Source: a virus (taxonomy: Duplodnaviria; Caudoviricetes). From it: a DNA stretch of 64,000 bases. Within the stretch, counting starts at the first letter, position 1. The number at the start of each line of letters is the position of its first letter. Below are positions 25,897 through 39,900 of this stretch, piece after piece. The stretch spans positions 36,366 through 100,365 of the IMG/VR virus record IMGVR_UViG_3300028048_000097, one strand, 5' to 3'. The notes under the pieces were generated by a model. It did no database searches, was not told where the DNA came from, and was given only the letters and a program-made list of their open reading frames with translations. The translations under genes and the position numbers were made by a program.

Positions 25897-27783
25897 ATGA
25901 GAATAAAAAAGTATCAAAGTGGAGGTATAGCATATCTTCCAACTGTAAATAGATTTCTAGAAGGGGCTGCACAAACTGCGGCCTCTTCTTCTAATTCTAG
26001 TTCAGAATCTAGTAAAGTACCTGGATTTGCTAAAGAAATTATATCTTTAATAAAAGAGAATGGTATTGAAAGTGATGTTGATGTATTTTTAAATAGTTTG
26101 CAAAGAACATTAGATGTTGCTGGAGATCCTAGTGGTGAAAATTTAAGTATGCGTGATATCTTAAGAGTACTTAAAGATGTTAATAGAGTAAAACAGAATC
26201 ATGCTCAATACGTAACAGCTGAAAAATCTCTTGAGGCACAAGATGCATGAGCAGAACCTGCTACTGATGCAAGAGGTTATTTATATGTAATGGATAGTGA
26301 TAGAAATGTATCTAAGATTCATCCATCTCAATATGATCCAGAAAAATATGTATCGTTGACAAATCTTGATTTAATGCACATTCGTCAAATCGATCCTAGT
26401 AAAGCATACGATAGTGAAATATTGAAAAATCTTAGCTCTGCTGTTGGCATGAAAACTATTAGTGATTATGCTAGAAGTGTAATTAAGGATTTTGGTAAAA
26501 CTGATATTACCGGATATAGTGAGAAAACTGCTGGTAAAATTAAATCTGGTATGGATAAAATAGTTGGATATGGTTATGATGAACTAAGTAAATTGTTGTT
26601 TGGCGGACCAGATGGAGTTTATAAAACAAATAAACAAGCTACTATAGCTGACGAAGATATCAGATTAGCGCTTGATTATCTTAAATCCAGTTTACCTAAT
26701 AGTTTTCGTAATACATTAAATGCTAAAGCTACTGCTGAAGGATATAATCCTGATTTAATGCTTATTACTATGTTAAGAGCGGATACTGATAGAAAAATTA
26801 GTGTTGATTATGACAAAACTGCTAGTGCAGATGCTGGTGTTGGTGGAGCTGGAGCTAAGGCGGCAGAAGAAAAATTGAATGATCATGATACTTATTTGAT
26901 GCGTATTGCTACAGGTGGTATTCCTGAAGTAACAATGATTGCTCAAAATCCAGATAGACCGATGGATACAGCTGCAATGTATGCAATAGCATCTAAAGTA
27001 GGGCCACTAGTTGACAAAAACGGTAAACAACTACAAATAGGAAATCTAAACACAATTATTGAAAATTTAACAGCAGCAGAAGCAGCTAATTCAAAGGATA
27101 TAACATTTGGAGATCAGCTATTAAATTTAGGGGAGCGTGGAGCTATTATTTGAGACGGAGAAAGTCAATTAACAGACATTTGATTACCTTATACAACAGA
27201 AGGTGGACGAATTAAACCTGATTTTAGTAAGCTACAAAGGCTAAATGAATACACTGAAGCTGTAAATCCAAATATGTCTACTTTAGAAAAAATGAATCTT
27301 ATGAGAGCTAAAGGTTTGAATCCTGAAGAACTTAAATATGATCCTGAACATAATATTTGGACTTTCAAAGAATCATCTATGAAATTATTTTTAACATTTA
27401 GTGGTATAGCTAGTAGTAACAATATTGACTTTACTGATAATACTAAAAAGATGATCCAGCAGCTTAATCCAGATGAAAGTAAACATTTAGTACAACTTTA
27501 CAATAATGCTGTAAAATATAACACTATTTCAAGATCTAAATCTACTAAAGCCGTTAATACTTCTTTTGGTAAAGGAAAAGATGACAGATGATGGCGTAGT
27601 GGGAATCTTTATAGAAGTACAGTATATATGCCAATAGATAATGAATTTTTAGCTATGCATATGTCTACAAATCAAAATATACCAAAATCAGAATTAACTA
27701 GATTTACTGCAAGAGTGCAGGCTACTGAAGCTATGAATAATATGAAAAATCTAGATATTGCAAATTTAGGTCAATTTAAATAA
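25897..27783 (+). CDS. Putative internal virion protein (628 aa, code 4)
   Basis: Fragments 25897, 26290 and 27274 are in one frame. N-terminal KKYQSGG. Confidence 0.7.
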
Positions 27784-27784
27784 T

Positions 27785-30700
27785 ATGATTGAGAAAAAAA
27801 ATGATTGGGTTGCTACTTTATTAAATACTGAAAGCCATCCAGAAATTACAGAAGAAATTTTATATGCTAACGGAATTACTCCCGATAATACAGGAATAAA
27901 GGATTCTGATTATTATAGAAATATTCCGCAAATTCAAGAAAAATTTACTAAAAATGGTAAATTTGATGAATCATCATATCAACAGTTTTACAATAGTGCC
28001 TTAAGATCATATAATTCTTATAGTAATAAGGATTTTGTTAATTCGTTATTGGATTATTACGGTACATCTAAATATGATATAAGTACATTATCTAATCCAG
28101 CTCAAAACGTCTATAAAACCAGTGCTATTATTACTAATTTTTATGATAGAAATCGACACTCTTATGGTACAGGAAACCTTTGAGAAATGGGTGATGCAAA
28201 TTTTAGTGATAGAGAAGTTGCCCAAGCTAATAAAGTACGTGATGAAAATGGTAATGTATTAGATTGAACTCCTAATGATAAAGGAGGTTTAATTAAGGGT
28301 TTATTCAGACCATCACTAGTAATGGCATCTTATGATGAAGACGTTTATGATGAAAATGGTGTTTTAATTCATCAAAAAGGAGAATTAAAACTAGATGAAA
28401 ATGGAGACCCTTATACAGAACTTCTTGGAAACCGTGATTCTTATGGTAAAGATGTAGTAAAAATTACCGATACTTTAACTATTGATGGAACTAAGTTAAA
28501 TGATTGAGATCCATTTGACTCTGATGGGTTAAATAAAAGCATAGGAAGTACAATAGCTAAAACTTTATTTACATTAGGACCTTTCTTTATTCCGTATGTT
28601 GGCCCAACATTAGGTGTTATTTCTGCATTAACCGGCATTGCATCTTCTTTACCAACACTAGGCAAAACGATCGATAGTTTTATAACAGGTGGTGATGATG
28701 ATTCTTTTGGTAGATCTATGACTACTATTGAGAACGCAATGTCTAGATTTGGATTTTCTCAATCTGATGCTGCAAAAGGTAAATTTTTATCATTAGAAAA
28801 TATAGGTGATATTTTTACATCTAGTGCTGGACAATTATTCTCTCAAAGAATGATTGGGCAAGTTCCAAAAGTTTTAGCTAAACTTCAGCAAACTAATAAT
28901 ATAAATAAAAAATTAGGACAGCAATTATCACTTGGATACATGGCATTAACATCAGCTAATGATTCTTATGGAGTGTTTAAAGAAGCTGGTGCAAATGATT
29001 GGACAGCCTCTCTCGGAATGTTACTTACTCTCGGTGGATACTGAGGTTTAATGAATACTGGTTATTTTAAAGAAAAACTTTTTGAAGGATCGTTCTTAGA
29101 TGAAGAACAACAATTACGTAGAACATTTACAGATGCGGCTAAAGAAATTAATAAGGATTTGCATGGTACAGATTTAGAAAAAGTAGTTTTTAAAAAGGGT
29201 GGTTTTTGAGACAGACTAGAAAATGCGGAATCTAAATTTCCTCAATTTTTAGGAAAATCTGCTAAAAAAATTAAGGAGGCTGCACAAAAAATGCCTATTG
29301 GCCGACCAGGAGGAACAGAAAATGCTTTTATTAGTCGAGCTCTAAATGAAGGTATTGAAGAGACGATGGAAGAGGGAATGCAAGATAGTATTAAAGCATT
29401 AACTAAAGGTTTGGAATTAATAGGCTTAAATGTAACAGAAGATCCTGATGATACTTTAGATTTTGGTATGACTCCAGAAGAAATGCTTCAAAGATACGCG
29501 AGTTCTTTTGTTGGTGGAGCGCTCGGTGGAGCAACATTTGAAGTATTTAACCAAGTTGAATTATTTAGAAATCCTGAATTAAAAAAGTTATACAAAATGG
29601 CTCCAGTTCGTAGAATGGTGTATGATTTACAGGATAGCGATAATTTAGATAGGTATATTCGTACCATTGACAAATTATATAAGAATGGAAAACTAGGTAA
29701 TAAAAATCTTTCTGCTACTGAATACGAATCTGTTTCTGACCCAGAAAACAAAACAAAAGCTACTCGTGTATATAAACAAGGTACTGATGATAATAATCAA
29801 AATTTAGCAGTAAGAAATCTTTTATTAGGTATTACTCATCAAATACACGATGTTCTACAAGAAAACGGATTAATTCATAGTGGACGTTTAGCTTTATATG
29901 CATTAACCAATCCTAAACTTCAAGAAGAAATTAGAAAATCAGGTTTATCTATAGAAGAATACTGAAAACAAAACAATCCTGATATTATAGCTTCTACCTT
30001 ACATGATATAGGAGTTCTAGATACTGCTGTTCGTCAAGCAAAAGGTGTCGGTGAGCAAATATTTAATTTATCTCAAAAAATAGAATCATATAAATTAAAT
30101 TCTAGAAAAAATTTACAGTTGGAAACGAAATCTGCAGAACTTGATAAAGCTTTAAAAGAAGATAAAGATTATCAATTTTTACAGGATCAACTTAAAGTTT
30201 TAAGAGAAAAATATGATGATATTGTAGGTGGTAAAAATGGGGATGAATATATGGGGTTTGCGTATATGCTACTTGAAGATTCCCCATTAAAATATTATAC
30301 TAATTTATTTGACAGTACTACTAAAAACGGTGAATCAAAATCTATAACAACTGTAGAAAATTTTGCAGACGTTAATTTTAACATAGATTATGCTTCTTTA
30401 GATGAAAATTCTGAAACTAAAAAATATATAGATGACCAATTTAAGGATTTTATAGTTGGAAAAGAACAATCTTTTTGAAAGATTTGGGATTTTCATAAGA
30501 ATCTTGAAGAAAAATATGCAGATACTCTAGAAAAAGCCGATAATTTTTTAAAAGACCATAAAATAGATCCTTTTCATAAGTCTGTTACAATTGGAGAATG
30601 AATTACAGATAGTATAAAAATAAGGGATCAAAAATTAGCGAAATTAGCAGAATTTCAACTAAATCCAGAAGAAGTAGAACAATCCGATATAATAAATCTT

Positions 30701-33700
30701 TCAGAAGAAATTACTGCGTTAAATACTGAAATAGAAACATTTCAAAGATTAAATCCAAGTTTACATTTAAATGAAGTTTTTGATTTAGAAAAATTTCAGC
30801 AGTTAATGGATCCTGATGTATCCGAAGACGAAATTGATATTTTCAATAATGATGCACAAGTTAACGCTGCAAAACAAAACGTTATATCTTATTATAAATA
30901 TTTAAAAGACAATAAAATTGTAGCACCAACAAAAGAATTTTTAACTGATTATTTAAGCAAATTTTTAGGTAAATTAGGACTAACGGTTAATTCAGAAATG
31001 ACAAAAAAGATAAAGAGTTGACTTAAAGTTTCTCAAGAATCTGATGGATTTAAAAGATTTGTATTTAAAGATCAAAATATCGACGAATTAGATCCAGATG
31101 ATGTTATAGAATCTTTAAATGGTGCTCGCGAAGAAGCTTTAGGACTTTTTGATACCGAAAGTAAAATGAATGAATTTATTTCATCATTAGAGGAATTTTT
31201 AACATTATTACAACTTAATCCTTCTCAGGCTTTAAGTAAATATCAAGAATTACTAGATGAAGTAAAAAAATCAATTAACTTTGACGCATTAAACGCTTTG
31301 GTTCAAGATGATATAAAGTATGATGCAGAATTGTTATTAAATGAATTATTGTTTTCAAAGCATACTGATACTATAGAATTTGTTTCTAATATTATTAATG
31401 ATATTGATAGTTTGGATGTCTCTCCTACATTTGATATATTGCAAGATTTATCTGTAAAGATGACAGGAGGGTATAATAAAATCATTGACTTACTTCAACA
31501 ACAAAGGCAAAATTTAGGTTCTGGTCTTGCAAATTTTCAATTAAATAATACTATGAAAAATGCTTTGGACCAAGCTCAATTATTATTAAATATTTTTACA
31601 GCTTTAATTGATAGTGCTCAAAGTAATTTAAATACTAAAGTAAATGAATATAGAATTCCTCTGGGTAAAAAACCTTTTGCGGAAATATCTGCAGAAACTA
31701 AAAATATTCTTCTTAAAGATATTGAATATTTGCAAAGTCAAATTGATTATTTAAAAACTTTGGGTGGTGCAAATTTAGAAAAACGTTTAGTTGAACAACA
31801 GGAAATTATGAAAAACGATACAGTGAAACGTATCAAATTTTTTGTTGAGCATTCTGATGAAAAATCTAAACTTTTAGTAACAAAGCTTGAAACTTTATTA
31901 GGAATAAAATTTGCTGATTTGTGAGATGGTGATTTTGATATTAGTAGTGATTCTAAATTTGCAGAGTTTGACAAAAATCGTATAGAGTTTGAAACTAAAT
32001 TATTTACTGCATTTGATTCAAATTCAGATTCTCAAAAAGCAAATCTGATTCAAAATATAGCAAGTTTGTTTCAGGATGATCCTACATTTTTATCATCTAA
32101 TGCGGGTTTGTTAACTAGTGATGATTCTACTGTTACTATGTACGGTATGTACAGATACTTACTTTTAAATCTTCTTACTAATTCTAAACAAGTAGCAAGT
32201 TGATATAAAACAGTAATGAAAGGATCTTCATTTGTTCCATTTTATTCTCAAGAATTAATTATTAAAGATGCCTTAGCTAATTATTTAAACCGTTCTTTAT
32301 ATAACACAGGATTGGAAGTATTAGAGCAAAAGAAAAATGATAATAGTGATTCTTTTATTAAAGATTCTATTGTTCTTAGAAACTTTTTATTTATAAATGG
32401 CGTACCTGGAGCTGGAAAAACAGCTGTAATTGCTAATACTATTAAAAAAATGATTAGGCTTATTGATGGAGACGATAGCACAAAATTTATATCTCTATCA
32501 ATGACAGAAGTTCAAGCTAAAAAATTAGCGACTTCTATAGAGGAACCTAATTCTGATTTGACATGGTCTGAGTTCATTAAAGCTAATACAACAACAGAAG
32601 GAGAGGAATACAGCCAATCTGATGGGCATCGTTTTATAAAAAATTTTAAATCTAAACTTAGTTTTACAGAAATTACTAAAGATCCAAAAGTTAAAAAGGT
32701 AGCTATCTTTTTTGATGAGATTCAATTATTGAGAGAGCCTGATATTATAAAACTTAACCAATTAGTAAAAGATGCTAATGATAACGGATACGAAGTTATG
32801 GTTTTTGGTCTAGGTGATCTAATGCAAACTTCTGTATCAGAAAATAATAATGAAATTAGTATTGTAAATACATTATTTAATAGTAGTTTTAGACTATCTG
32901 CCTCTTTTAGAGAGACTAATCAAGGTAAATCTGAAAATACGTTAGCTATTGCAAGTAAGTTGCAAACTGTAATGGAACATCTTTATAATGATAAAGGTTA
33001 TCAATTACAAACAGCTAATAAGGATACAGATAATGCATTTTCTACCAGAACAGAACTTAGATGGTATGATGATGGTAAAACTATATATGGAGATAAATTT
33101 ATTAAATCTTCTGATATAGATAAGACACTAGATAAATTAAAATCTTATGTAGGACAGCATAATTCAAATTCTAATAACCCAGAAATCGCAATAGTTGTTG
33201 AATCTGAAGAAGATAAACAAGCCTATGCATTAAAAATAAATAATGATCCTAGAATAGGTATATATACAAAAATAGAAATTTCTGGAGGCGAGTTTGATTA
33301 TGTTCTTATTGATTCTAAATTAAGTAATAATTCTTTTTTATCTGCAAAAGAATTTTACACATTAATGTCTAGAGCACGTAACGCTTCATTTTTTGTTGCT
33401 GAAAAAACTCAGATATTAAATTTATATTCTAGTGATTCTGGTACACCTTCTGCTGCAAATTTATTAAGTTCTAAAGATGATGAACAGCAAAAGAAAATTT
33501 ATGATACTTTTAAAGAATGAAGAATGAAATTATTTGAAGGTATCGAAGAAACCAATACTCCCAAACCACAATCTCCTGAAGGTGAAGGAACTGGAGAAAG
33601 TAAAACAGGTGAATTTGATACAGCCCCAGGAACTGCTGTAAAAAAATATGACACTCCTGACTCTCCAACAGAACAAGAAATAAATGATTTTTTGCAACAA

Positions 33701-36700
33701 GCTGAATCAGAAATAGAAGAAAAGAAAAAGCAAAAAACACTTACTTCTAATGAAACTGCTCTAGATAATAGAAAAAGTCGTAGTAATCCTACTGAGGATC
33801 CTAATAAACCTACTTCCATTAAAGATAGAATTTCTACAAGTGATAATGATTGTGATTGTGAGGTATACGAAGAATGATTAAAGACTAATAATCCTACTAC
33901 ATTAGGTAAATGTATTTTAACAAATATTCAATCTGAAAAAGGAATTGAACAATATAAAGATTTTTTAAGGTACTTTTCATCTTTTATATTAAATTTAAGT
34001 TCAGACCCAGATACAAGAACTCAACAAATTAGAGCATTAGAGTCTAGTGTAAAAACTGGAGAGGGTGATATTGGCGATAATTTAAGATATGCTTTATCTT
34101 GAATTTCAAGATCACTTAAAGATGATACTGGATATTATTATACTACCCTTCTTGACGATAAACATTCTTTATTATATTACGTTTTTAATAATCCAAGTGG
34201 TAAAATGTATGCAATACCAGTAACTATAATAAACGGTACTTATAATGGAGTTGTTTGTAAAAATATTCAAACTGAAAAAGTTGCAGATTTTGCATTTATT
34301 TCATCTAATGGTAAATTTCATTTAGATCCTAGAATAGTTGCGAAAGGTAAGGTATCAATTAATCCTTTTTACGGTACAGTAGTTAATAAAACACACACTA
34401 GTACAGTAGAAGGTTTACGTAATCAAGAAGGTAAAAGTTTTGCTATATTTGGAATACTAAATGGTCTAATTGAAAATGATGAAGAGCTACTTAAAGATTT
34501 CTTAGATTTTGAATTTGATGAAGATGGCAATATTGTTAGCTATTATAAAAGAACTTCTACGTCAAAAAGTCCAAATCTTAGAATTAGAGGTATACAGCGT
34601 CGATTATCTATTAGTGAATTTATAGAACTTTGTGATTTAATCAAAAAAGAGCATACAGTAGATACCGTTGAAAAATGGCAAGAAGCTCGTGAAGCTATTG
34701 CTAAGAAATTAAATATCAAAGAATATAAAACTAATGTAAAACTTGCAAAACAGTTAGGAGAACAAGAACCTGATACTTCACAGAGAGTTCGATTAATGAC
34801 AGGAGAAGCTCGAAAAAAACTTATTAATGCTATTCATAAAGTTATAGCAGAACAACCTATTTTAGGAAATGGAATAAGTAAGTTTTGACTTGATGATATA
34901 TATAATAAGAATAAGGGACCTCATCCTGTTATTCAAATTGGATATGAAACCGGAGCTTCTAGTATAACAATTTTACTTAAAAAAGTTGGTAATAAGTTAG
35001 TATGGTGTGATGCTTCTGGCGTGTATCGTAATGGTACTGATATAAATGATTCAAATAGTTTTGATTTACCTGATGTTAAAGGGACTTGACGTGAGTTTAT
35101 AACTTCAATACTATCGTCTATTAAAAAATTAGATGTAAATGGAAATTATTCTGTTATTCCAAATAATCTATCTAAAGATGATTTCTATTCACATGTAAGT
35201 GTTGATTATTTATTAGACGGCTCTGGAAGTGAAGGTTCATACACTTACCAAAGATATATAGAAGATCTGATAAATATATTTGACGAATCTCAATTAAGAG
35301 AATTACAGAATAATATTGAAGCTGATCCAGAATTTGTACATGGTGTTTATTTAAATCTTCAAGTAGAAACCTTTTTAAATATAGAAGAAGGACAAGCTGA
35401 TGCGAGATGAGGTATAAACTCTTATGATGGTACAGGTACTATTACTTCAGACGATGTTTATGTTTTTGCACCTATATATAATATTACTTTATCAGAGAAT
35501 GGCAGAGAAAACAAAACTATATCTGAGTTGGATAATCCAAATCATATAAAAACACAGGATTTGATAATAAAAAATACAGATTATAATAAAGAAGGTACTG
35601 CTTTTAGATTCAATCGAGGAGACGTTCAAGTTTCTAAGAATTGATTAATTAACAGTATTTCTGAAAAATCTAATAAGAAAATTCCATCTCAAGGTGAGGT
35701 ATTTTTTGTACATAATATAGATCCACAGAAAAAGACTATTACTATTTGGATAAACGCTGGAACTAGTGATTTAATAGATCTTGAATTAAAAGAAGATTTT
35801 GATTTTAGTTTATTAGATAACTTTAGTGAAAATAAGGTTTATAGAACAAAGGCATGAGATAACAATCATACTTTAATTATAGATAAAGAAGTATTAAAAA
35901 TTGAAACTTCAGGCTCTAAACAAATAAGTCCTGTAACTATTATTGGTGAAAATAACCTTGGATTTTATTATTTGGTAGATGATACTTATCAATTCTATAA
36001 GTATGATGATACAGAAAATGAATTAGACCAGGTGTTAAAAGGTATTTTGAGTAGTTATAGTATAAGAGGATCTATATTAAGTGTTATTGATAATATTCCA
36101 ATATTTGTTAAAACTTCTAGGTCTGGATATGAGTTTACTATATTAAATAATGAAAATCAATTTGTTAAAGTTTCTTATGATCCGTCTACAGGTACGATCT
36201 CTGGAAAAAATATTACATTACAAGTAGACCAAACTTTTAAGAATGCTTTTGATAATTATCAAAATAATAACATAGATAACATAAGACAATTTAAAAACGA
36301 TGTTATTGAAAAATTTAAAAGTTATGGAATATTTAATGATGGTATTTTAAATGATATAGAATCATATGGAACTATAGATCAGGTTGTAGATTTTGCAAAT
36401 GATATTTTAATAGAACAGCGATACTTATTTAATGATGGTAAACAAAGAACTGTTACTGTTGATAATGGAAAACTAAAGATTATTGAACGTTTAGATCCTG
36501 CTATAACATTAGGATATATTCTGTTAAAAAATAGAAGTGAATTAAACAATCAACCTAGTGCAATAAAATCTATTGAAAAAATAGAAGATTCTAATAATTA
36601 TTTAGTAACTTTGCATATTAATGACCAAGATAAATCAGAGAAATGAACTCTGTTTAAAAATGATCAAAACCAATGGGATATAAAACCTTATAATGAAATT

Positions 36701-36907
36701 TCAGAATCTTTAAATTCTATTTTTGAAATGGATAATCTTATTTTTACAGATGAAAATAAAACTTTCTTTAAAGATTATTTTAATAAATTGCAACAGCATG
36801 AAGAACTATCTGAAGATGAAAATCAAATATATGATGATATTCATGACGCATTAGATAGTAAAATTCAAGAAGAGTTAGATAAACTAGTTTTGTCACTTAT
36901 TTGTTAG
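27785..36907 (+). CDS. Giant virion protein with internal SF1 helicase-like P-loop domain (~3040 aa, code 4)
   Basis: All fragments share one frame. Motifs GVPGAGKT, FFDEIQ, GLGDLMQ, LSASFR, GGEFDYV and YTLMSRAR lie at 32216-33520. Ends ...SLIC TAG. Confidence 0.78.
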
Positions 36908-36910
36908 AAA

Positions 36911-39900
36911 ATGAATTGTGAATATAAAGGTAATTATACTTCTAGAGATTATCGTTTAGTTAAAACTCTGTGAAGTAAAGTCAATCGTGATAATTCAGAA
37001 GATATACAAACTGCTTTTGAAACTGAACTAAAAAGACGTTTTGAGCCAAAAACCGCTTCTATTATTGTAGAAGCGGTTTTAACTGGCAGTTTTAGTCCAG
37101 ATTTTGAGATTAAAATTGATTCGGTTTCAAATTCATTAGTAAAAAATGGACCTGAAGAATTAATTGATTCTGCTCCTGAAACAGCTATAGATTTCTATGT
37201 AGATACTCAAGAAAGGTCTCTTAGTGGGTTTTTTGAGAAGGGCACTAATGATGAAGATTATAAAGCAGTAGTTAGAGATTTTAATACCAGACTGCTTAGA
37301 GATCTAATATATAATTCTGAAACTGGAATAGGTGTTACGGATCCTAATGCACCACTTCCTGGTGGAACTTTTGGCAATTATATAAACGATAAATTGTTTA
37401 ATTATAGACTTGAATTACTCAAAAAACTTCAAAGTCTAGAAGGAATGCCTAAATTTGAAATTACATATAGATCTACACCTGATGAAATACGTAATATTAT
37501 TTCTAAAGTCTTAAGCGCTTTTTCAACAATTTATAGAAAAAATTTAATATTAAATGATGGCAAAGGAATCGATAAGAGTTTTTATAATACTTACGTAACA
37601 TTATATAATTTTGATAAACTATTAGACGAACTAGACATTGTTAAGATTAGAGACGAATATAAAAATACAAATATTATTACACCAGACAGATATATTTATT
37701 CTGGAGAAAGAATTAAATATAATCAATCTTATGGTAAAGAAGATGCTAATATCGATGATTACACAAGCCCATTAGTTAAATTAGTATTAAATGAAATAGA
37801 AACTATTAATGATAGAGGTACGGATAGTGGTCAAAAAATCACATTAGATGGTTTTAAATATACCATGAATGTGATTAGCGATTGAGCTTGGCATCAAAAC
37901 CCTACAAGTAATATATTTAAAGAAGTTTCTAAAGGTTTTTTATGTGACTGAGAGTATCTAATTTCTGAATTTGTAAATAAAAGCAATAATTATCTTGCTA
38001 AGAGTGTAGCAAAGGGTATTAAAAAACATATTTTTTCGTCTGAGATGCCTAAAACTTTAACAGATTTATTTAGATCTCAGGCTCATAATACAATTCAAGC
38101 TTACTATCTAGAATATGCTAATGATTATATAAATGGGCAAACTGTTGTTAAACAGAGTATTCCTACAGAAAGACTTGTTGATAGATCCGCAATTATTTTA
38201 AATAAAAGACTTGCTAATAAAATTAATTTTTTACAAAATAATTCTGATACTCGTAATTTATTATTTAAAAATTTAGATGGATCTGATAAGTTTAAAGTTG
38301 ATATAAAAAATAAAGCTGTATCACTACAAGTTCCATTAAAGAATGGTAATTTAGTTGAAGTCACAATTACTTACGATTCTGATAAATCTAAATTTGAGTA
38401 CACAGGTGCATTTAATGGTGATTGAAGTGAGTTTAATGAAGGATTAAAATCTATTATTGAACAGCTATCTGATATTTTTATACCTAATGATTATGAAGAA
38501 ACTCTATTAGGCATTGGAGCAGAAAATTTAATGGAAGTATTTGCTCCTGTAGTATGATTAACTGTTTTCGCTACAGATCCTGAAGGTAGTGCATCTCAAA
38601 TTTTTACATGAGATAATAATCCTGCAAAAACAGATCGCTTTATAAAACTGTCAAAAACTTTTGGCCAAGACTTAAGATCTGCAGCATTATTTTTAAATCA
38701 ATTATATGGTTATAATTTAAAAACAGTAACTAAAAACTTAGAGGGAAACAATATACCGGGTTATCAAATGGGGTCACTATTTTTTAGAACATTTGAAATT
38801 ATATCCGATATAAAGGAAAATCCAGAACATGCATTAAGCGATAATACTTTTGTTAGAAATCCAGGCGCAATTGTTCAAACTAACGTTCGGGAAAGTGTAT
38901 CTATAAACGGAGTTACTAAAAATGTTACAGAACTTTGTCCTGCTGAAGTAGCGCAGATGGCAATAGTACAAGATATTTGAAATAAGTCTCGTGTTATTAA
39001 AAAAGAGGATATATCTAAAATAATAGTTGATATTCAACCTATGACATATTCTGATAAAAAACGGCAAATGACAAAGGCTATTAATATTTCAAAGATTAAA
39101 TTGTTATCTACCAAAAACGGACATCCTGTTGTATTAAGTGATATATTTTATTCTTTTAGAAATTTCGCTTATAATAAGAATGGACAAAAAAATTCAGATT
39201 ATAGTGAAAGTGAAACTCTTTTACTTAATGAAATTGCAGATGTTAGAGGCCGTCAAATAAAAAGAGTTGTTTTAAATTATTTAAATAAATTTTCTAGAAT
39301 ATTTGGTTTACCGGAATTAGATTATATAAATACTAAGTACGCTGATATTATAACTAGATGAGATAAGATTAATAGTGAGTTAGAAACTTTTAATAGAAAA
39401 GAAGACATTGTAAAGCGTTTTAGAATAAATAATCTAGATTTTGCGGACGAGATTGATCTTTCAGAAACAGATGATAAAAAATGAGTGTTAAATCCTGTAC
39501 TATTAGATGATGTTAAGCTATATTTAAATGATGATAATGATGCAAAAGTACGTGATTTAAGTTATTTTAATAATTACGTTAATCTTACAAAAGCTTATAT
39601 GGTGCAAGACTTAATAGATGAGGATTTTACTTTATCTGTTTATCGAGATGGTAGTTTAAGATCGGATTTTGATAACTGAGCTCAAATTAGACCTGATTGA
39701 GTAAATTCATATTCTGGTAATATTATAATGTATAAACTACGAGACGCTAAAACTGGAAAAGAATTATCGAATCAAAGTTTATCTGATTTTAAGAATATTG
39801 CAAATGGTAATATTATAGTTGAATTGAATCCTATACTAAATACTGCTTTTTATTTGAATTTGTATTTAGGGCAACAGTTAAAAGTATTACATTTTGGAGA

